Assembly: GCA_041736305.1 (NCBI GenBank)
Contig: JBGSTX010000037.1
Coordinates: forward strand, 1 to 13,620
Direction of reading: 5' to 3'
Length of the DNA stretch: 13,620 nucleotides
Origin: Oligoflexus sp.
GTDB taxonomy: Bacteria > Bdellovibrionota_B > Oligoflexia > Oligoflexales > Oligoflexaceae
This document shows, in pieces, positions 1 to 7,613 of the stretch (the first letter of the stretch is position 1; each line of letters opens with the position of its first letter). The notes under the pieces were generated by a model. It saw only the letters and a list, made by a program, of their open reading frames with translations, was not told where the DNA came from and did no database searches. The translations under genes were made by a program, and so were the position numbers.

Positions 1-1
1 C

Positions 2-148
2 GATGAGTTGGCCCTCGCAGAGAAAAAATTCCAGCGTCATGGTCCCGACATAGGCAAGCTGGTTCATAAGCTTTTCCATGAGAGACCTGGTCTCTGCACT
101 GAGCTTTTCGCCTAGCGACCAGGGCTGACTGCTGTGGAGAACGAGCTC
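2..148 (-). pseudogene. purK: Fragment of PurK-like ATP-grasp enzyme (N5-CAIR synthase); runs off the left edge and lacks its 5' part
   Basis: Not in the ORF track. My minus-strand translation reads ELVLHSSQPWSLGEKLSAETRSLMEKLMNQLAYVGTMTLEFFLCEGQLI. This matches the PurK/ATP-grasp segment L.YVG...[VL]EFF...G.L that precedes NE.APR. An in-frame stop at 158-160 lies upstream. Confidence 0.65.
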
Positions 149-149
149 G

Positions 150-677
150 GTGAATTTTCATGCCTGCGCGATTCGCGAGGTGAGTCCGCAGGAAATCGAG
201 GCCTACGACTGGGCTGTGGATTTAATGTCCCCGGCCTGGGATGCGAAGCATGTCGAAGAAAAAGTGATGGCCCAAAACAGTCGGCCGGTCTGTGACGTAC
301 TCATGGACCAGGACATCTTCGCAGGTCTTGGGAATATTATTAAGAATGAGGTGCTGTTCATTCTGAAACTGCATCCTGATACCCCGGTCTCGGCCCTGAC
401 TTCGTCCATGCGTCGGCAGCTGGTGCGGGAGTCGCGGGAGTACTCCCTGCGTTTCTATGCCTGGAAAAAAGCCGGCGAGCTGAAAAAGCATTGGAAAATC
501 TTTCGTAAACAAAAGTGTGCGGACTGCGGTCGTCCCCTGGTGAAAGAGGAGACCGGGAAGAGCCAGCGCGTGAGCTATTACTGTCGCGTTTGTCAGCCGC
601 TGACCGCTGTGTCTGCCCGATCATTGAGGGGAAGCTATGGGAACCGATCGGCTCATGAAGCCAGCGCTGGAGTATGA
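150..677 (+). pseudogene. nei: Fpg/Nei family DNA glycosylase, C-terminal part only (H2TH domain and zinc finger); N-terminal catalytic domain missing
   Basis: H2TH motif LMDQDIFAGLGNIIKNEVLF and a CADC...CRVCQ zinc finger. No N-terminal PE catalytic motif. In-frame stop at 126-128. Confidence 0.8.
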
Positions 678-939
678 AGAAATTTAACCCCGAGGGCACA
701 GTACCCCGGAGCTATAAAGATCTATCGTTCTTTCTTGTGTGCCTGATCTATACATATTAGCACTTATCTTGCTCAATGTCAGTGTATGCAGTTTGGATTT
801 GGTTAGTGACTCAAGTTTAGACAGTGTTGCATGTCTGGACGGACGAAGAGGTGCAGTCACCCAAAAATATAAGAGAAATTAGTGGCATGCTTCCAGCATG
901 CCTCTGGGGGTCCATGGATATCGGAGACGCAGCTTGAGC

Positions 940-1305
940 ATGATACAAGCCTATATGCGAGCCATTTTTCGTCTCATCCTGCTAGGATGGGTCGCTCTGA
1001 ATCTCGTTATGGCTTCTGTTCCTCGCTGTGATATGGTCCTGGCGGCTGTCCACAAGTCAGTCACGGCCTCTAACGAACATGATCACTGTGCACCCCAGAA
1101 AACCGGCAAAGGTCCCATCCTGCATGATCATCGCATCTGCGCCTGTGTCCTGGCCAAGCTGGTGTTCGGCCGCACAAGCGAGATCCGTCGTGATCCTATT
1201 GTAACTCGTCAGCCACAAGCTCTATCTGTCATTGAGTTCACCTATCAATTTGCTGTCATCCAACATACAGCAAGCATTGAAACTCCTCCCCCGCGCGCCG
1301 TTTAA
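940..1305 (+). CDS. Small Cys/His leader protein with C-terminal PPPR (paralog 1; candidate DUF2946/CruR-like uORF)
   Basis: Hydrophobic N-terminus, then NLVMASVPRCD, EHDHC, ICAC and IETPPPRAV*. Motifs are shared with three other ORFs in the window. Start could be 940 or 955. Confidence 0.75.
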   Translation: MIQAYMRAIFRLILLGWVALNLVMASVPRCDMVLAAVHKSVTASNEHDHCAPQKTGKGPILHDHRICACVLAKLVFGRTSEIRRDPIVTRQPQALSVIEFTYQFAVIQHTASIETPPPRAV

Positions 1306-1424
1306 TTCATCCCCATTCAACTTATGCGTTTTGAACGAGCAGAATGCTTCTGCGTTCCGGCGTGAACGGCAAATGTTTGCCATTCCGCAACGGAGAGGGA
1401 TGTATGTGCGCAAAGGAGAAACTC

Positions 1425-2108
1425 ATGCAAACACGTCGCAGTCTTTTCATGAAGGCTGGAAATGTACTGGCCGCGCTTACGGTTTATCAGGTGCTGCCGA
1501 AGGAAGCCTTTCGAGTCGGTGAGACAGCCTATGGTGCAGTGAAGACCTTTTCAGATATTCGTGTTCGCTGCATCGGTACGGTTCAGCCTATGCTGGCCAG
1601 TGATCTGATCAAAGGTGTGGCCTTTACCGGAAAAGTCGATGAGGGTGGCCACTCTCATACCTACACGGTATCTCCCGAGCAAATCGCTCAGATCAATGCC
1701 GGTCAGGTCGTGACACTGCGTTCAAGTCAAGGAACAGACGGCAGTGGTCCCCACACTGTGACCATCGATCCCACCCAGCTGCTTCCTGGTGGCAGTTCCA
1801 TTCAGGTGTTTCAATCAGAAAATGGCAATATGGTTGCCTTGCGCTTGGGCAAGGGGGCGCAGCCCTATCTTTATGTGGAGGGAGCGGAAGGCTTGGATCC
1901 TGAGACAGTGAAAGTCTGTATTGGTTTGGCCGCCAGTTGCCAGGCCGAAGGATCCTTCAGCAAGATGGAGCTGATCTCCGAGATCAAGGATCGACAGATC
2001 TTTGGATCGGTTCAGCGCCTTGAGGTGCAAGGGGAAAGTTTGGTCCATGTCTGGGCTACGACTCAGTCCGGTGCCCAGACCAAGGTTGTAGCCAAGATCA
2101 GCAAGTGA
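1425..2108 (+). CDS. Tat-exported protein with paired His-hairpin motifs, putative metal-binding
   Basis: AGGAG SD at 1414-1418 before ATG 1425. Twin-arginine signal MQTRRSLFMK plus a hydrophobic stretch. Internal GGHSHTYTV and GPHTVTI motifs. Confidence 0.75.
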   Translation: MQTRRSLFMKAGNVLAALTVYQVLPKEAFRVGETAYGAVKTFSDIRVRCIGTVQPMLASDLIKGVAFTGKVDEGGHSHTYTVSPEQIAQINAGQVVTLRSSQGTDGSGPHTVTIDPTQLLPGGSSIQVFQSENGNMVALRLGKGAQPYLYVEGAEGLDPETVKVCIGLAASCQAEGSFSKMELISEIKDRQIFGSVQRLEVQGESLVHVWATTQSGAQTKVVAKISK

Positions 2109-2131
2109 TGCCAACACGAAAGGATCATTCT

Positions 2132-2431
2132 ATGAAAAGCTTGATAAGCATGGTTGTCGTCCTGTTTGTTGGCGCGTCCTGTGCCAAGGCACCCAGCAAA
2201 CCCCTTGATACAGGGAGAGTTCAGCAATCCACTGCACCTGTGAGTGCAAATGCCCAGAATGAGCATGCTGATCACGAGCATGAGTTGAATGAAATGAATG
2301 CCGAAGCAGAAGCCCCTGCTGGCTCTGTTCGAGCAGAAGACCTTGAGCTACTCAAAACGTGGCCCAAGGCTCAGTATGTAGGCAATGAACAGCTCCAGCT
2401 GAGCTTTCTGCCTAACGTTCCTTTGAACTGA
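2132..2431 (+). CDS. Small His-rich lipoprotein of unknown function (possibly C-terminally truncated)
   Basis: AAAGGA SD, signal MKSLISMVVVLFVGASC ending in a lipobox-type Cys, and an EHADHEHE tract. Confidence 0.65.
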   Translation: MKSLISMVVVLFVGASCAKAPSKPLDTGRVQQSTAPVSANAQNEHADHEHELNEMNAEAEAPAGSVRAEDLELLKTWPKAQYVGNEQLQLSFLPNVPLN

Positions 2432-2461
2432 ATCTGCTTTAGAAACTTTTGTCGAACTATG

Positions 2462-2491
2462 GAGCATGCTTCCCTCGGAAGCATGCTCTTT
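2462..2491. terminator. Intrinsic terminator-like hairpin between convergent operons
   Basis: Perfect 12-bp stem GAGCATGCTTCC-ctc-GGAAGCATGCTC followed by TTT on the plus strand. It lies between the stops at 2431 (+) and 2505 (-). Confidence 0.7.
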
Positions 2492-2504
2492 CTCGTCTCC
2501 GCTA

Positions 2505-2858
2505 TCAGGCCTTTTTCACCCAGGCCGTACACCAGCCTTTGGACTGCACACAGCCTGTGGCAATCATGGTACACTTGCCGACGTCTTTTCCGTTTGGCGT
2601 GAATAGCTGACAGTTTTGACAGCTTTGATCCTTGCCTTCAACGCCCATTTTTGCCGGGCGATTGGCGGCCTTGGTGGCGTCCGGAACGTACTTGATGGCC
2701 GTCGCCACGGGATCATTCTCTGGGACTGGTTTGCAGGGAACTTCCTCTGCAGCCAGCGCTGGCATGGAGGCCAGCAAGGAGGCCAAGGGAAGACCCGCGG
2801 CGGATAGAGCCAAGAGCTGACGGCGGGACATGGAAAATCTGTGGTTCTGCTTAGGCAT
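2505..2858 (-). CDS. hip: High-potential iron-sulfur protein (HiPIP), Tat-exported
   Basis: SRRQLL Tat signal, DPVATAIKYVPDA, and the HiPIP [4Fe-4S] pattern CQNCQLF...C...GWCTAW. GGAG SD before ATG 2858. Confidence 0.92.
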   Translation of the reverse strand: MPKQNHRFSMSRRQLLALSAAGLPLASLLASMPALAAEEVPCKPVPENDPVATAIKYVPDATKAANRPAKMGVEGKDQSCQNCQLFTPNGKDVGKCTMIATGCVQSKGWCTAWVKKA

Positions 2859-2915
2859 GATCGTTCTCCAAAAAAGTTGGTGAGGCAAACGCTCAGGCCA
2901 AGCGTTCACCTTATG

Positions 2916-4247
2916 TCAAAAACCTGTCCCCTGAGACAGGTCTGAGGGACTGGAGCTATGCAGTGTGAGAAGAAAGCTGAGCAGATCACTCAGCTCCTGA
3001 TCCGTGATGGTAAACCCAGGTTTGACCAGGGCATCCACATAGGGATTCTGACCCGCAGGGGTAGTCGCGGCGCGGCCACCCGCTGCATAATGACGAATGA
3101 CAGCTTCCAAAGTCGGCAAGGATCCATCGTGTCCGTAGGGTCCGGTCTTCCCTACAAAACGCAACGCGGGCACACGAAATTGTCCCATCAACTCCGGCCT
3201 CTTTTCCAATTGGGCAGGAGTCGCAAAGCCCTCATTGCGACTGGGATAGGCACCGTGACCATCCACATTGTATAGACCGGTATTATGAAAGCTTTGCCTT
3301 TGAAAGTAGCGCCCATTCCTCACGTATTGATAGGAATTGCTCAGCATGATTCCTGAGTGGCAGCGGCTGCAGTTCAAAGTTTCACCGGAAGCGAGTGGAG
3401 CCAGACCAAAGAATAGTCGAGCTCCCTTATCTTCCGAGCTTGAAAAACTTTCCATTCCCTGCAAAAAGCGATCAAAACGCGTGTCAAAAGAAATGAGGCT
3501 TCGTTCATAGGCCGCCAGGGCCGCAGTTAAGTGATTATAGTCAATTCGCCCCTTGGCGAAGTCCTCAGGATAGGACAGCTGAAATACTCGCTGGAAGAGT
3601 TCACGGTAAGCCGGGTCGCTCTCCAAGATCCGCTGGAGCGTTTCCTGCTCACGGCCGCGAAGACCCATCTCCACCGGGTCGTCGCCAAAGAGTGGGATGC
3701 GAGCCTGCATTTCCAGGATCGGAAACACAGGATTGGCCCATGTGAGAGTGGAGTAGTAGGCGACATTCAAAAGAGTGGGACTGCTGCGAGGCGTATCCGC
3801 TCCATCCACGCCTTTCGAAGTGGCGAGGCCATCTGTGAAAGCACGATCGGACTGATGGCAGCTGGAGCAGCTGATATTTCCTGGTGCCTGATGCACCGCC
3901 GAGTACGATAGGTTCGTGTCGTTGAAAAGACGGCGGCCAAGCTCGATGATGTCTTCATTCAGAAACGTATCCCGAGTCAAAGGCGGGTCGAGGCGCTTGT
4001 TCTGAAGCCGGCCCAAAGGAAGATAAGGCTCGGGGTAAGCTCGAGGAATCCTATCGGCGAGCCATATCTTGTATGCGTCGTGTAAGGCCAGAGTCTCTGT
4101 ATCCAGATCTTCCGTATAAGCACTTTCCGCCTCATCGACCTGAAACTTCTGCCAGAGAGAGGCGGCCAGTGAGCCCTGCCGCTCATCTGCTGAGCAAGCC
4201 CCAAAGGTGAGTGGCAAAAGTGCGATGATGAAGCGGAATGCTTTCAT
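2916..4247 (-). CDS. mbnH: Di-heme cytochrome c peroxidase/MauG superfamily, MbnH-like lipoprotein (copy 2)
   Basis: Two CxxCH motifs (CSSCH, CSRCH), LGRRLF, TWANP, FHNTGLYN, FRVPALR, HDGS..TL..VI.HYAAGG, lipoprotein-type signal (TFGAC). Directly downstream of an MbnP-like gene. Confidence 0.85.
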   Translation of the reverse strand: MKAFRFIIALLPLTFGACSADERQGSLAASLWQKFQVDEAESAYTEDLDTETLALHDAYKIWLADRIPRAYPEPYLPLGRLQNKRLDPPLTRDTFLNEDIIELGRRLFNDTNLSYSAVHQAPGNISCSSCHQSDRAFTDGLATSKGVDGADTPRSSPTLLNVAYYSTLTWANPVFPILEMQARIPLFGDDPVEMGLRGREQETLQRILESDPAYRELFQRVFQLSYPEDFAKGRIDYNHLTAALAAYERSLISFDTRFDRFLQGMESFSSSEDKGARLFFGLAPLASGETLNCSRCHSGIMLSNSYQYVRNGRYFQRQSFHNTGLYNVDGHGAYPSRNEGFATPAQLEKRPELMGQFRVPALRFVGKTGPYGHDGSLPTLEAVIRHYAAGGRAATTPAGQNPYVDALVKPGFTITDQELSDLLSFLLTLHSSSPSDLSQGTGF

Positions 4248-4256
4248 AAAAACCTC

Positions 4257-5204
4257 TTATGGAGCCCAGGAAAACAGGCTTTGCTCGTAAGGTGCCTTGG
4301 CATTGGCTACTTCCAGACCCAGGGCCTTGAAGGCGAATGCGCAGTTGGGGGCGTTTTCCGTCATGACCTTATTGCTGTTGTTGCAGGCGCTTTCCAAGGA
4401 GTTGACAAAGCTTGTGGCATCGACGGGAAACAGCCGGCTGAGGTCCATCTGCACTGTGACTTTGGAGGCATCGGCATCCTGCAGGTGCTGAATGGGAATG
4501 CTGATCTGGCGTTTATTGGCGCTGGTCAGAGCGTTCAGCATCTTCTTGCTTGTGCCGCTGTGCATTTCGATCTGAATATCAGCTGGGAAATGCTGCCACA
4601 TCCAACCCATATCGCTGGGGGCAAGGGCGGCCGGAACCTGAGTCAGGGCTTCATCCATAGGCGCATAGGGGAGTCCGAGCTGAAAGCGGATTTCCTTGTA
4701 AACGCCCTGCTGCAGAAGTCCTGTAATCTCCGACTTCAGCTTTTTCGTGGCATCAGAAGACGCGCAGGAACTTTCCAGGAAGTTCAGCAGCGAGATGCCA
4801 TTGCCTGCGGCATCCACATACTGCAGGTTGCTGCTGTTATCGGCGACGTCGAGTTCAATGCGCTGCTCTTTGCCTTGATCATCGACCAAGGTCAGATTCG
4901 ACACGAAAAGACGCAGGTCGGTAAAGATCTGACCACTTTGCAGCGAGGCGGCTGTTTTATCGGTGCAGACCAGCTCATCCGCTCCCACCTTGGCCTTGAA
5001 TTGAACGGCCACCTTTGAGGATTGGGTTCGATCCAGAACCGGAGGGGCAGGCACAGGTTCGGCTACTGGCAGAGTTACAGGCGCCGGCGCGGGCGCTGGG
5101 ACGGTGGAAGCATCTGCCGTCCGCGTCTGATCTACAGACTTTGAGGACTGCGAGCCGCATTGAACGACGAAGGGAAGCAGAACCGGAACCAAAAATCTTT
5201 TCAT
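4257..5204 (-). CDS. Divergent MbnP-like WxW copper-binding lipoprotein (copy 2)
   Basis: Signal ending in Cys, Pro/Ala-rich linker, F.AKVG...L.C, DLRLFVSNLTL, RFQLGLP and MGWMWQ (WxW). Collinear with the 7614..8504 protein and adjacent to mbnH. Confidence 0.7.
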   Translation of the reverse strand: MKRFLVPVLLPFVVQCGSQSSKSVDQTRTADASTVPAPAPAPVTLPVAEPVPAPPVLDRTQSSKVAVQFKAKVGADELVCTDKTAASLQSGQIFTDLRLFVSNLTLVDDQGKEQRIELDVADNSSNLQYVDAAGNGISLLNFLESSCASSDATKKLKSEITGLLQQGVYKEIRFQLGLPYAPMDEALTQVPAALAPSDMGWMWQHFPADIQIEMHSGTSKKMLNALTSANKRQISIPIQHLQDADASKVTVQMDLSRLFPVDATSFVNSLESACNNSNKVMTENAPNCAFAFKALGLEVANAKAPYEQSLFSWAP

Positions 5205-5213
5205 GAGAACTCC

Positions 5214-6422
5214 TTATTCCATAACCGCAGTGGGAGAATCCGAGCTGATCCGGTAGGACCAGACGAATCCCACAACACCCATATCTTTCTTGCGACCGCT
5301 GGTAAAATCGCGAAGCCATTCGCCGCGCAGTTTCAATTCCGGATTCCATTGCCAATTATAGGCCGCACTGATGCGATAAGGATCCTTATCACCTATGAGA
5401 TTGGCAGCAGTGGCAAGAGCTGTCGCCGCCGCTCCTGAGAGTTCGTTTTCAAAAAGTAGGCGCTCGTAGCGGATGGCGGCCAGCTGCGTATCGGTTTTGA
5501 AGTAAGCGCTGGCCCAGTGAGCTCGGGCCTTACTTTCAAGCGGCGATAGACGGGTGGCATCACGCAATTCTCCTTCGCTTCGGCTCAATTGCATTTCCCC
5601 TTCGGCCCCGAATGTTATCTGTTCTCCGAATTCCAGACTGGCATGAAGGCCCTGCACCTGGGTGCGACCTGAGAACCAGTAGACGGGAATGGTGCTGGTA
5701 TCGAGTCCATGATTGTGCTCAGCACTGTAGCGATTGTCTTTCCGCCTGTCCGCTTCACCCTGATAATGAAAGAGCCCAAAGCTCCAGCCCAAGCCGGCGG
5801 TCCGCATACTGTGCCGGAGGTAGACATCGAAGGCTCCTTTGGCAGCATCCTTACGTTCTGCAGGAAAGCTGTCGCCTTGCCAGACTTCCAGACCCGTTTC
5901 CAGACCGAGATCTTTCAAGGACGCTCGCGCCCTAAGGCCCATATCGTTATACTGCCGCCCCCAGAACGCGTCATAGACCAGAGGGCTGTCTGAGAATGGC
6001 GTTTGACTGGGATGGGGGCTGTTGTATGGGGTCATGACCGAACTCATGCGGCCGAACTCCAGAACACCTGCGGCTCCGAGCCTCTGACCGACCAGGGCAT
6101 GTTCCAGCTCCAGGCCGTCGGCACCTGTATGCTGGCCGATCTTGATCAAAGCATAAGATGAATTCTGGCCCACGGATCCGCTCAGCATAGCCTCGTCCAG
6201 GTGAAAACCGCGCGGCATGGGCAAGGCCTCACCGCCCATAAGGAAACCAGGAATGATCCAACGTTCGGAGCTCTTGACTCTTGCTAAAGATCTGTAGCTC
6301 CCAGCCACTGTGCTTTGGGCTGACCAACCGTCAGGTATGCCCAGGGTCGCTTCTTCTTCATGAGCCGAAGCCAGGCTGCTGACTACGAGAAGGGGTAAGG
6401 CGCGAAGCGCTATGCGTTGCAA
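5214..6422 (-). CDS. Outer-membrane beta-barrel porin/receptor without a plug domain, His-containing (putative metal channel)
   Basis: Sec signal ending ASA, then HEEE. Alternating amphipathic strands (YNWQWN, LRGEW, VGFVWSY) and an EHNHG loop. At about 400 aa it is too short for a canonical TonB-dependent transporter. Confidence 0.7.
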   Translation of the reverse strand: MQRIALRALPLLVVSSLASAHEEEATLGIPDGWSAQSTVAGSYRSLARVKSSERWIIPGFLMGGEALPMPRGFHLDEAMLSGSVGQNSSYALIKIGQHTGADGLELEHALVGQRLGAAGVLEFGRMSSVMTPYNSPHPSQTPFSDSPLVYDAFWGRQYNDMGLRARASLKDLGLETGLEVWQGDSFPAERKDAAKGAFDVYLRHSMRTAGLGWSFGLFHYQGEADRRKDNRYSAEHNHGLDTSTIPVYWFSGRTQVQGLHASLEFGEQITFGAEGEMQLSRSEGELRDATRLSPLESKARAHWASAYFKTDTQLAAIRYERLLFENELSGAAATALATAANLIGDKDPYRISAAYNWQWNPELKLRGEWLRDFTSGRKKDMGVVGFVWSYRISSDSPTAVME

Positions 6423-6433
6423 AGTCCTGTTCC

Positions 6434-7600
6434 TTATGGTTGACGCCAGGGATCAGCAAAGCGGGGATTGCTGATGAAATCCTGATCAGTAAAACTTTCC
6501 AAAAATTCGATGAGGTCATTTTTTTCAGCTGCATCGAGTGTGAAGCCTGTGACGAATCCGTCCTTAAATGGATTTTTCCGTCCGTCCCCACTCAGGGGAC
6601 CACTGGTGATATGACGTCCGCCCGCAGCATAGAAATCGAGGACCTCGCTGAGCGTGGCAATGCTGCCGTCATGCATGTAGGGGGCTGTCACTGCAATATT
6701 GCGTAAGGAGACAGCGCGGAACTTCCCCATATCGCTGCTTTTGCCGCTTATTTCGAAGATCCCACGATTGCGACTGGGGTAATCGCCCTGGCCGTTGATA
6801 TTGAAAAGACCGGTGTTGTGAAAGGGTCTTTCGATAAAACTTGTCGTGCGATCGAAGTTCGAGTCCGTAAGATTGTAGCTGCCGTGGCAGTGAAAGCATT
6901 CCATGCGTTCGCTGAAGAAAAGTTGGCGACCTCGCTGGGCGCCGGCGGAGAGGGCAGCAGGTTCACCCCGCTGAAAGCGATCGAATGGGCTATTGAAGCT
7001 GGTAAGGCCGCGAACGAAGACAGCCAGCGCGTCCACGATTTGATCGCGAGTATAAAGTTCATTTGCGTCAGGGAACGCAGCTGCGAAAAGTTCCTGATAG
7101 CGAGGGTCGCTGCGCAGCTGATCCTGAACGCGCGGAAAGCTGCTCTCGGTGAGGCCTTGTTCAATCGGATTCTCGCCAAAAAGAGGCAAAAGAATCTGCT
7201 GCTCGAGTTGCCTCAGGTTGGGATTGGCCCAGGTCAATGTCGGAACGTAAGCCACGTTCACAAGGGACATTGAACTGCGCGGATGACTTTCCCCAGTCGA
7301 CCCCAGGGCCAGCGCGCGTCCGTCGGTAAAGGCCTTATCCTGCTGATGGCAGGATGCGCAGCTTTGTGTTTCGTTCCCGGAGAGGCGTTTTTCGTAAAAC
7401 AGATGGCGTCCGAGTTCAAAGCGTGACTCGGTCATGGGCTTGTCAGGGGGAATGAAGGGCAAGGGGACATTGTCAGGGATATTCCAGGCAAAGGTTTCCG
7501 CACTGGTATCCTCCTGGCTTTGAAAACGCGTTTCACTCTGATCCTGGCATGCCGGGCTCAGCATCAGGGTGAAGGCGATAAATTGCAGGGTGAAACGCAT
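6434..7600 (-). CDS. mbnH: MbnH-like di-heme enzyme (cytochrome c peroxidase/MauG superfamily), lipoprotein (copy 1)
   Basis: Start reassigned to ATG 7600 (GAAAGG SD; MRFTLQF...SPAC signal). CASCH and CFHCH, LGRHLFYEKRLSGNETQSC, TWANP, FHNTGL, PYMHDGS, FYAAGG. Confidence 0.92.
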   Translation of the reverse strand: MRFTLQFIAFTLMLSPACQDQSETRFQSQEDTSAETFAWNIPDNVPLPFIPPDKPMTESRFELGRHLFYEKRLSGNETQSCASCHQQDKAFTDGRALALGSTGESHPRSSMSLVNVAYVPTLTWANPNLRQLEQQILLPLFGENPIEQGLTESSFPRVQDQLRSDPRYQELFAAAFPDANELYTRDQIVDALAVFVRGLTSFNSPFDRFQRGEPAALSAGAQRGRQLFFSERMECFHCHGSYNLTDSNFDRTTSFIERPFHNTGLFNINGQGDYPSRNRGIFEISGKSSDMGKFRAVSLRNIAVTAPYMHDGSIATLSEVLDFYAAGGRHITSGPLSGDGRKNPFKDGFVTGFTLDAAEKNDLIEFLESFTDQDFISNPRFADPWRQP

Positions 7601-7613
7601 GGCAGACGACCTT

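Noticed and set aside
690-709. Bulged GC hairpin after the nei-like fragment
   Set aside because: Short imperfect stem without an adjacent U-tract; too weak to call a terminator.
883-898. TGGCAT-N-GC sigma54-like site upstream of leader 1
   Set aside because: GG-N10-GC spacing fits, but the -12 element reads CAGC rather than TTGC and no activator gene is visible.
1006-1032. S[VI]PRC as a lipobox, making the leader family simple lipoproteins
   Set aside because: Pro-Arg at -2/-1 does not fit the [LVI][ASTVI][GAS]C consensus; the Cys is more plausibly a ligand or disulfide residue.
3125-3145. PYGHDG instead of PYMHDG in MbnH copy 2 as loss of a heme axial ligand
   Set aside because: In MauG/MbnH-type enzymes the distal ligand of the second heme is the downstream Tyr, which is retained in both copies (HYAAGG, FYAAGG).
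5036-5105. GC-rich quasi-repeat in the mbnP-like copy 2
   Set aside because: Explained by a Pro/Ala linker (PAPAPAP); not a DNA-level repeat element.
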